This document shows positions 10,110 through 17,469 of a DNA stretch of 64,000 bases, piece after piece (within the stretch, counting starts at the first letter, position 1; the number at the start of each line of letters is the position of its first letter). A program made the translations under genes and the position numbers. A model generated the notes under the pieces. It made no database searches, was not told the origin of the DNA, and saw only the letters and a program-made list of their open reading frames with translations. The stretch comes from Gammaproteobacteria bacterium (lineage in GTDB: Bacteria > Pseudomonadota > Gammaproteobacteria > Natronospirales > REEB76): NCBI GenBank assembly GCA_049591455.1, contig JBAWFA010000012.1, positions 71,824 to 135,823 of the forward strand, written 5' to 3'.

Positions 10110-11192
10110 ATGAAACAGATTACCACGATGGTGTTGATGTTGGTCTTGATGTTGGTGTCCGCGGGCGCCATCGCCGCCGGCGACCAGATAGACACGGTCA
10201 TCGTCAAGAATAATGAAATCTATCTTTCGGTTGGATCGGGGCCGATGGTGCGGCTTACCCATGACGGTATCCGCAAAGGTTACCCGCTGTTTTCGAAGGA
10301 CGGTTCCAAGATCGCATTTATCGAGAAACCTGACCGTCCCGCCTTGGACATGATCATCGTTATCAACAGGCAGGGACGTGAACTGGACCGCGTCTACGTC
10401 CACCCGCAGCAGGCAGTTGGAGCACAGGAAGCTGACCCTAGCCTAATTGGAATGTCCTACGTGGAACAGATGGAATGGCTTAACAATTCACGCATCGCGG
10501 TCCGCGGTGGCATTAACCCGTCTACCTCCGAAAACCTCATCTATGATCTGCCGCCACACGGCTTGCCGGTTCAGTTCTCAGATGATGGGGTTGTAAGTTA
10601 TTCTCCTGACGGTCGGCACTTCGCATACGAAAATGGCATGCCGCACTTCACACCGGTAAACGAGCAGATGCCTACCTTGAACATTAACTACAAGCCCGTC
10701 TATCCTACTTCGCATAGTCAGGTCGAATTCATTTCCGCGCTGCGGTGGTCTCCGGGTAGCGAGGCGCTTGCGGTGCTGGTGCGGGATTCCCATTCCGGCT
10801 CGCTGAAACTCGCGATCTGGCACGTTGGCGGCGCCGTCACCACTGCCCTCTTGCCGGCCACGGGGACTGCCCTGGCGCTCTTGCCGGACGCCAACACCGG
10901 TGCTTATCACGCGGACGTGTACTATGCCAATGATGGCTGGATTGTGAAATCTACAGGCCAGGGCGGTGTGGGATCCATGGGCCAGGGTGAAATGCAGTCC
11001 ACAGGCCACAGCGGAGCCTGGCAGTTATCGGCAGACGGCCAGAGTTTTCAGCCTCTTCAAGGCGAGGTGCCACCTGATCCCATGGTGGCGGCGCAAGAAC
11101 TGCGACACCAGCTTGTGATGCACGCACCCCCTGTCGGGACGGGCTCTGTGGATTTCTGGTGCAAGAGTTGCGCTTTATCCGTATTGCCATGA
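10110..11192 (+). CDS. Secreted PD40/TolB-like beta-propeller repeat protein
   Basis: AAGGAGAG SD sequence and a signal peptide. PD40-type repeats are present (LTHDGIRKGYPLFSKDGSKIAFIE, YSPDGRHFAYE, RWSPGSEALAV). Confidence 0.7.
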   Translation: MKQITTMVLMLVLMLVSAGAIAAGDQIDTVIVKNNEIYLSVGSGPMVRLTHDGIRKGYPLFSKDGSKIAFIEKPDRPALDMIIVINRQGRELDRVYVHPQQAVGAQEADPSLIGMSYVEQMEWLNNSRIAVRGGINPSTSENLIYDLPPHGLPVQFSDDGVVSYSPDGRHFAYENGMPHFTPVNEQMPTLNINYKPVYPTSHSQVEFISALRWSPGSEALAVLVRDSHSGSLKLAIWHVGGAVTTALLPATGTALALLPDANTGAYHADVYYANDGWIVKSTGQGGVGSMGQGEMQSTGHSGAWQLSADGQSFQPLQGEVPPDPMVAAQELRHQLVMHAPPVGTGSVDFWCKSCALSVLP

Positions 11193-11280
11193 CGCATGGG
11201 CACCGATTGAGCGTTGGTAAAACCTTGGGCCGTGCTCGCCACATTTTCCACGCTGCCGCTTGACCTTTTGGATTAGACAA

Positions 11281-11314
11281 ACACCCGCATGATCATCTAC
11301 GGTCATGCGGGTGT
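11281..11314 (+). terminator. 12-bp stem hairpin downstream of the beta-propeller gene (possible terminator, no T-run)
   Basis: ACACCCGCATGA-10 nt-TCATGCGGGTGT form perfect inverted arms. Confidence 0.35.
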
Positions 11315-11321
11315 GATGTAA

Positions 11322-12230
11322 TTGCTACCGAAGTGGCTATGGATGCTGCTTTGCCCAACCGAGGAATCGAATGCGCGTTGGAAAAACCACCTGCCTCGTG
11401 CAGATCGCAGTTTTGTGCACGGTACTTATTCGACCAGCGCCTGGGCAGCCGCAGCGGTAACCCACACCCAGCCACTCCTTACCCTGAGTCTCGCTCAGGC
11501 AAATTCCGCCATCGCGTCCGCCAGTCATGGCCAAGCGCACGCCCTCAAGTTGTTTCGCGGCCCAGACGGGCTGGTCGGCGCAGTTATTGAAGGGCCGTCA
11601 AAGACGCTTGGCATCGCGTGGCTCACGCGACACGGCAAAGCGGTGCTGAGTGGAGACATGCTGATCGGTCCCGGCGGCACCGATCTCACCAAGGAGGCGA
11701 TGTTCTCGCAGGGGCTGCTGTTGCGCCCTGCTGCGGCGCTTGAGCAGGCGGCGGCACTGGCGACCCACGGAATCATGGTTGGGACAGCCGGACCACGCAT
11801 TACCGTGTTCTTTGACCCAAACTGCATCTACTGCCACCAGCTCTACCTGGCTTTGACTCCCCAAGTGGCTGCCAGCAAGGTGCGCGTGCGCTATGTGATT
11901 GTCGGGGTGCTCAAGGAGAGCAGCCTGCCGCGCGCCGCGTCAATACTGGCCGCCAAGAATCCGTCGCAAGCGTTGAATCTCGACGAGGCCGACTTCGATG
12001 TGAAAACCGAGGAAGGTGGCTATCCGGTCGCCGCCGCTCTCAGTCCCGCATTTAAACGCGCGGTCGAGGCAAACAACAGCCTGTTCAGTCGCGCGGGCCT
12101 CGATGGTACGCCGACCATTCTTTACTGTGTCAAGGCGACGAAGGACGTCCAGGTGTTTACCGGTATCCCGAAAGACATCATGACCTTTGTCGCTAGCGCG
12201 GGCGATGGCGCAGCCAAAGTGTGTGAATGA
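11322..12230 (+). CDS. DsbC/DsbG-family thiol:disulfide interchange protein (start uncertain)
   Basis: Thioredoxin-fold core ITVFFDPNCIYCHQLY (CxxC) and a cis-Pro region GTPTILY. The N-terminal part resembles a DsbC/G dimerisation domain. A signal-peptide-like MRVGKTTCLVQIAVLCTVLI lies in a different frame at 11371, so the 5' end may be frameshifted or mis-set. Confidence 0.65.
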   Translation: MLPKWLWMLLCPTEESNARWKNHLPRADRSFVHGTYSTSAWAAAAVTHTQPLLTLSLAQANSAIASASHGQAHALKLFRGPDGLVGAVIEGPSKTLGIAWLTRHGKAVLSGDMLIGPGGTDLTKEAMFSQGLLLRPAAALEQAAALATHGIMVGTAGPRITVFFDPNCIYCHQLYLALTPQVAASKVRVRYVIVGVLKESSLPRAASILAAKNPSQALNLDEADFDVKTEEGGYPVAAALSPAFKRAVEANNSLFSRAGLDGTPTILYCVKATKDVQVFTGIPKDIMTFVASAGDGAAKVCE

Positions 12231-12316
12231 AGGCGACACGGACTCAAGGCCACGCCTAACATCAGCTTGTTGTCATCGGGCTGCCATAGAGCGGACGGTC
12301 GCCACCGTCTGGAAAA

Positions 12317-12666
12317 GGGTTGAAAACGGTCTATAGCCGAAAGCAAATCTGCAGTTATTTACAAAATCAAATGCCAACGATTATGGAATTGGTGGCTATG
12401 GGTGGGCGCGAAGCATTGCTTCGCGCGGGCAGGCAGGAAGCCTGCACTGGGCAGGTGAATTGCACAGGATGTGCAACTCACCGACGGACTACCGGCCTCA
12501 TATATCAGCATTATGAGCTTGGACTAGGAATTTCCATTTCTAACTTAATCAGTCACTTACGGCGCTTGATCTTTCCGATACCGCATTTCAATTATCAGTA
12601 AACGCATCACAGCGCATCCTGTCGTGGCACAATCAAGACACAGTTAACAATGACGGCAGTCGACCA
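12317..12666 (-). repeat. R2: D flank (12317-12389) + tRNA acceptor copy (12390-12405) + about 100-nt structured insert + core (12506-12517) + diverged U flank (12518-12666)
   Basis: The D flank has 3 mismatches to 14229-14301. TGGTGGCTATGGGTGG is identical to the other copies. The insert contains three hairpins. The U flank is alignable to 7851-7999 with many substitutions. Confidence 0.8.
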
Positions 12667-12695
12667 GACGCAGACATTCATATGCAAGGTAGACT

Positions 12696-13052
12696 ATGAA
12701 CAAACGCATTATACGAAATATGTGTTTTTTAGCAGCAACTCTGTTGATAATCATTTTATTGATGATTTTATCCCCTCTTCGTTACTATCCTGGCGTAACT
12801 GTTGATAAAATGAAGGTGGAACTTAATTCAAATCTTCCGGTCGGCACACCAAAAGATAAGGTCATAGCATTTCTTGATAATCATCACATAGAACGTTCAG
12901 AATATTCTATGAATGATCATGATATCGGTGCAATTATCCGAAACACATGTTGGAGTGGTCTCTTAGAATGTGATATTGAAATGAAATTCACCTTTGATTC
13001 AAATGGCATGTTGGTTAGAACAACTGTTGCAGAGGGTTTGACCGGACTATGA
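12696..13052 (+). CDS. Small membrane-anchored protein, unknown function (AT-rich)
   Basis: 118-aa ORF with an N-terminal TM helix (CFLAATLLIIILLMILSPL). Its base composition is clearly lower in GC than its surroundings. No family recognised. Confidence 0.45.
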   Translation: MNKRIIRNMCFLAATLLIIILLMILSPLRYYPGVTVDKMKVELNSNLPVGTPKDKVIAFLDNHHIERSEYSMNDHDIGAIIRNTCWSGLLECDIEMKFTFDSNGMLVRTTVAEGLTGL

Positions 13053-13163
13053 GCGATCCATACTGTTTCAATGGAACGAAATGAATGCCCGCTTAGGGTC
13101 GATAGCAGCTTGCGATCGTAGGTGTACATTACGATTAATTGCGGCAATGGTTTCTGATCAAAT

Positions 13164-13357
13164 TAGTGGCTATGGGTGGACTCGAACCACCGACCTCAGC
13201 ATTATGAGCTTGGACTTAGAATTTGCGTCTCTAACCAAATCAGTCACTTACGGCGCTTGCCTTTTTCAAAACCGCATCTCAATAGTCAGTAAACGCATCT
13301 CAGCGCATGCTGACGTGGCACAATCCAGGCACAGTGAACACTGACTGCAGTCGGCCA
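13164..13357 (-). repeat. R3: tRNA-Met(CAU) 3' half (13164-13208) plus U flank (13209-13357)
   Basis: The reverse complement reads CTCATAATGCTGAGGTCGGTGGTTCGAGTCCACCCATAGCCACTA (CCA reads CTA). The U flank is near-identical to 7851-7999. Confidence 0.85.
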
Positions 13358-13414
13358 GAAGCCGAAGTACGGATCCTCGAATTGCCTTCCCACCAGCGGA
13401 CGTTCATAAACCAG

Positions 13415-14098
13415 TTACCGACGCACTCCCGCATATTGCAGTTGAGCGCACTGCCCTGGTTCCAGATGAATCGACTCAGGATTCGTATAGATTTCGCTGT
13501 ATATGGTCTGTTCGACGATGTTTGGGGCGACATGCACACTATATAGACCAGGCGGCACCCGCATCGAAAATAGACCCTTATTATTCGATACCACCCTGTG
13601 GATCCCACCCAGGCCAGTGGCGACTACCGAGACACCCGGCAGAGGCGAGGAGTAGTCTGCCGCCAGTACCTCACCTTCAATTATTGCAAACGTTTGCTTT
13701 GAAGCTTGCAGTCGCTCTATTTCCGCAGACACTACTGCCACTTTGGACGGATCAGACAATGGTTCTTCATCGCAGCCGATTTCCAACCGGTTATCGTTCC
13801 GATAGGCAAACAAGACATACTTGGCGCCTGCGTCCAAAGAGAGCCTACCGGAGTCGTTGCCTGTATCGAAGTACCGTGTGGGAAGCTGCTGACCTTTAAA
13901 AGTCTTTTCAATGCTGATTTTGTAGTGAATCCAATCTGCATTGCGTTGCACGGACAACACTTTCCCACGCACGACAACGTCCGCCTGGAAATACGCGCTG
14001 CAGACCTTTGGAGGCGGCGCAGAACAAAATGCGCTCGCAACGCCGCTCATGAATACGGCGGCAGTTCCAAGCCCAATAGCAAAGTATCTCTTGCTCAT
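13415..14098 (-). CDS. Secreted protein: TIMP/NTR-like N-terminal module plus carboxypeptidase-regulatory-like domain
   Basis: Signal peptide, then CSAPPPKVCSAYFQADVVVRGKVLSV...YKISIEKTFKG...YVLFAY...IGC, which follows the TIMP N-domain pattern. The C-terminus IEGEVLAADYSSPLPGVSVVATG...GLFSMRVPPGLYSV follows the CarboxypepD_reg pattern. Confidence 0.6.
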   Translation of the reverse strand: MSKRYFAIGLGTAAVFMSGVASAFCSAPPPKVCSAYFQADVVVRGKVLSVQRNADWIHYKISIEKTFKGQQLPTRYFDTGNDSGRLSLDAGAKYVLFAYRNDNRLEIGCDEEPLSDPSKVAVVSAEIERLQASKQTFAIIEGEVLAADYSSPLPGVSVVATGLGGIHRVVSNNKGLFSMRVPPGLYSVHVAPNIVEQTIYSEIYTNPESIHLEPGQCAQLQYAGVRR

Positions 14099-14228
14099 CG
14101 CGTAACCCTCTCCGCTCGGGACTTGAGATCAAGTCGAAACCCCAAACTCGCTGCATCCAGCACGCGCTGTACTGACTGATGCCGTAATTCTAGGCGTCCG
14201 ATAACGGCCCGTCACGAAGGTCAACTCT

Positions 14229-14346
14229 GGGTCGAAAACGGTCTATAGCCGAAAGCAAATCTGCAGTTATTTACCAAAACAAATGCCAACGATTATGGAA
14301 TTGGTGGCTATGGGTGGACTCGAACCACCGACCTCAGCATTATGAG
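14229..14346 (-). repeat. R4: D flank (14229-14301) plus tRNA-Met(CAU) 3' half (14302-14346), abutting and overlapping the tgpA stop
   Basis: This is a full 45-nt 3' half including CCA. Sequence beyond 14346 is the tgpA coding end, not a tRNA 5' half. Confidence 0.85.
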
Positions 14347-16313
14347 TGCGAAGGTCGGAAAGTTCGGACCAGACTCCTGAATTCCTGCGCGCTGCCCATT
14401 TCCGCGTAGCGCAGATTTATATATAGCGACGTGATCGTATTTACACGATCCGCCAAGTCAGGCCGCGAGCGGCCGATGCGTTTGGCGTAATCCATCGGTC
14501 CTTCATGAGACTCACGCGCCAAACCGCACTTCGCGAGTTTGTTGCAGAAACGGCGGTAATCACGCAACACTGCAGACGGTGGCGGCGTCCGCAGTCGCCA
14601 CCAGAATATCAGCCATACCAGAATCAGGATTCCGCCGATGAGTATCAGCAGCACCAGCGCCAGTTGCAGCCAGTTACCGTAATTCAGACCCACGCGGGCG
14701 AAAAAATGCTGCTGCAATTCCGGTCCATAGGCCAGCACCCACTGGTACCAGCCGTTGTTGACCGCGTCCCAGGTATCGCGCAGATTTCCAACCCAGGGAT
14801 GGGCATTGAAGAAATAGCCGGGTACTTCACCGGCGGGCAGCGCCGCGGCCAGGCCTTCATCCACCCGTGCCGGGTCCACGGCTGCAGTGGGGTCCACCCG
14901 CACCCAGCCGTGGCCGGCGAGCCAGACTTCCGCCCAGGCATGGGCGTCTTCCTGACGCACGATGTAATACCCATCCACCGGGTTCTGCAACCCACCCTGA
15001 TAACCGATAACCACGTGCGCTGGAATGCCGGCAGCGCGCATCAGAAACACGAAAGCACTGGCGTAGTGTTCGCAGAATCCACGGCGCGTGTCGAACAGGA
15101 ATTCATCAATGCGGTTTGGGCCTGTAAGCAGATCGGGTTGTAGCGTGTACCGGAATGGCTCATCGTGGAATAGGCGTAATGCATCCCCGACAACTTGCTG
15201 CGGAGTCGCAGCGCCGGAGCCCCATTGTTTTGCCAATGCGCGAGCCTTGGGATCAACGCTATCCGGCAGCCGCAGGTCACGGCGCAAGATCCAGCTTGGC
15301 GCGTTAGCGCCATGACTGTAATCCGTGTAAGAGGTGACGGCATACAGCTTGCGGTCCGTGACGGTTTGCGGCGTGACCAACTCGTAGTCAGCTGTTAAAT
15401 GTGTGTTGTCAGGGACCTGTACCGGCAGGTCCAGAGCGTAAAGCACGTGAAGGTTATTGGGTTCCAGAGTCACTTGATAGCGTACCGGTGTGCCGCGGGT
15501 TGAAAGGGTTTCGCTGCTGCTCCACAAGGGGTTGCCGGTAGTCCAGGTCTTACCGTCGTAGTCGTGCAGCACCAGTGCGCGCCAGTAAAGTTGCGAGCGG
15601 GGAGGAGGGGCGCTCAGGAATTTCACCTGGAAGGCGATGGCATCGGATTGGGCCAGCCTGCTGAGACTGCCGGGCGACATGTGGGTGGACAGGCCAGTGA
15701 CCGCCGAATGCTGCGGCAGAGCCAGCCCCCACAAGGGACCCGGGATACGCGGAAATAGCAGGAACAGCACCAGGGCGATGGGCAGCGCGGGCAGCAGCAT
15801 GCGCGCGGCGGTTTTCACCGACGCCAGGGGCGTGCGGCTAATATCCGGATGGGCCACGTTGAGCAGTGCCGCGATGGCGAGCCACACGGCGGGGATCATG
15901 TAGATGGCCAGCGGAATGGTCTGATCGTACAGAAAATTCGCAATGCCGATAAATAGCGTGATCACCATTACCAGGAAATAATCCCGCAAGCCTTTGGCTT
16001 CCATGAGCTTCAGGGCCGCCAGCAGAATCAGCAATGCGGTGCCCGCTTCCGGTCCGTTGAAGGTGCGGTAGGTGGCGAACACGCCGAGGAAAATCAGCAG
16101 GCCAAATCCGATGCGCGTGTAACGGTTGAATAGCGGCCAGCCGCGGTAGGCCGCAGCCAGCCGCCACAGCACGATCAGGGCGGCGGCGAACACGATCCAG
16201 GGTGCGAGATGCAGCAGATGAGGCAAGGTCATGAGCAGCATGGCCGCAAGTACCCATAGCAGCCGCGTACGTTCCATGCGCGCATCTAGATTCATCGGCA
16301 ATATCGCGTTCAT
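14340..16313 (-). CDS. Transglutaminase-like membrane protein (TgpA type: N-terminal multi-TM region, transglutaminase core, C-terminal TM)
   Basis: Cys-His-Asp core GFCEHYASAFVFLMRAAGIPAHVV...DAHAWAEVW. I set the start at ATG 16313, which makes an ATGA stop/start overlap with the DUF58 gene. The track ORF extends further upstream, which is implausible. Confidence 0.85.
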   Translation of the reverse strand: MNAILPMNLDARMERTRLLWVLAAMLLMTLPHLLHLAPWIVFAAALIVLWRLAAAYRGWPLFNRYTRIGFGLLIFLGVFATYRTFNGPEAGTALLILLAALKLMEAKGLRDYFLVMVITLFIGIANFLYDQTIPLAIYMIPAVWLAIAALLNVAHPDISRTPLASVKTAARMLLPALPIALVLFLLFPRIPGPLWGLALPQHSAVTGLSTHMSPGSLSRLAQSDAIAFQVKFLSAPPPRSQLYWRALVLHDYDGKTWTTGNPLWSSSETLSTRGTPVRYQVTLEPNNLHVLYALDLPVQVPDNTHLTADYELVTPQTVTDRKLYAVTSYTDYSHGANAPSWILRRDLRLPDSVDPKARALAKQWGSGAATPQQVVGDALRLFHDEPFRYTLQPDLLTGPNRIDEFLFDTRRGFCEHYASAFVFLMRAAGIPAHVVIGYQGGLQNPVDGYYIVRQEDAHAWAEVWLAGHGWVRVDPTAAVDPARVDEGLAAALPAGEVPGYFFNAHPWVGNLRDTWDAVNNGWYQWVLAYGPELQQHFFARVGLNYGNWLQLALVLLILIGGILILVWLIFWWRLRTPPPSAVLRDYRRFCNKLAKCGLARESHEGPMDYAKRIGRSRPDLADRVNTITSLYINLRYAEMGSAQEFRSLVRTFRPSHS

Positions 16314-17293
16314 GATGTGCGGCCGCTGGTTGTGCCGAACAAAGCCAGCGCTTCGAGACAACGATCCCGGTGGGTATCGCCACCGGCGACAGGAATTGCA
16401 GTGCCGGGCATACGCAAGCCGTAATTCAGATTTTCCGCATGCGCTGTGAGCACCCAACGGCATAATACCGACAAGCGTTTTTCCGGATCGAGCCCCGGCA
16501 GTGCATCCCATTCCAGCCAGCGTTGTTCCTCGCCGCTGCCGGTAAATTGTTTGGTGAGGAGCTTTTGTTCGCGCGCCGAAGCTTTCCAGGCAATATGCCG
16601 CGGCGAATCGCCGGGCCGGTAACCGCGCAAACCGCTGAAATCTTCTTCACCCCGATCCGTGGGCCGTTCGCCACCGCGCCCGCTCTGGGGCGGAGGCAGG
16701 GGCGGGGCGGCATCCGCGGGCTTCGGATACACCAGCATCCACAGGTCCATATAAACCCAGCTCCAGGCGCGGAACAAACCAAAGGGATAAGTGGTTTCCA
16801 CCTCCAGCCGCTCCAGTTTGAGCCAGCCGCGTTTCTCCGCCAGCAGCGGCACTGCCACGCTGCCGTGATTGGCCGCAGCGACATCACCCGTGATGGTGGT
16901 GTCGCCGTTTTCGGCGCTCAGCGTAATGGCAATGCGCGCCGCGCGGCCCGGATTGTTTATATGCAGGCGGAACCGAGCAGTTTCGCCGGCAAACACCGCC
17001 AGTGTTTTGCCCGCGCTGATTTCCAGTCCCGTGAGGTTGGCGTGGCAGGCATGCATGGCCACGAAACTCAGGCCGGTCAGCATGAAGGTCAGCATGAAGC
17101 CCATGCTGTTGGAATAGTTCATGGAACCCAACAGCATCACGAACACGGCAAAACCGTAAAGCAGACCTTGACGTGTGGGCAGTATGTATATACGGCGGCG
17201 TTCGAGGCGCACCACGTCACCGTCCGGTCCCTGGCGGCGGCGCGCCCAGGTTTGTATGCGGCGATTCAGGAAGTCACGCGTGGCGGCTAACAT
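16310..17293 (-). CDS. DUF58 family protein (MoxR-associated)
   Basis: DUF58 signature DFSGLRGYRPGDSPRHIAWKASAR, two N-terminal TM helices, and a position between moxR and tgpA. Confidence 0.85.
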   Translation of the reverse strand: MLAATRDFLNRRIQTWARRRQGPDGDVVRLERRRIYILPTRQGLLYGFAVFVMLLGSMNYSNSMGFMLTFMLTGLSFVAMHACHANLTGLEISAGKTLAVFAGETARFRLHINNPGRAARIAITLSAENGDTTITGDVAAANHGSVAVPLLAEKRGWLKLERLEVETTYPFGLFRAWSWVYMDLWMLVYPKPADAAPPLPPPQSGRGGERPTDRGEEDFSGLRGYRPGDSPRHIAWKASAREQKLLTKQFTGSGEEQRWLEWDALPGLDPEKRLSVLCRWVLTAHAENLNYGLRMPGTAIPVAGGDTHRDRCLEALALFGTTSGRTS

Positions 17294-17469
17294 GTATTAA
17301 AGATAGATGCCGGGTACTCAGTAAACCCAAATCGAACTTCACACTCAGCACGCGATGTACATGGATACACAAGTTCCACGGGAGGCATGGTAGATTTTCA
17401 CTCTTGCAAAATCTATATTTCCGTCATCCCTGGTGGTCAGATGCCAGGAGCGGTCGGCACGCTTTCAAG

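Noticed and set aside
10128-10160. 12-bp tandem duplication (TTGATGTTGGT..TTGATGTTGGT) in the beta-propeller gene
   Set aside because: It lies within the signal-peptide h-region (MVLMLVLMLV), is in frame, and has only two units. It is a simple coding repeat, not a regulatory or phase-variation tract I can support.
9711-10403. 230-aa minus-strand ORF across the junction of the 3D-domain and beta-propeller genes
   Set aside because: It overlaps two plus-strand genes that have signal peptides, SD sequences and domain motifs. The minus-frame product has no recognisable features.
14347-14380. Possible intact tRNA-Met spanning 14302-14378
   Set aside because: The sequence beyond the anticodon loop has no D-arm or 5'-acceptor complementarity (GGCTATG is absent) and is in-frame tgpA coding sequence.
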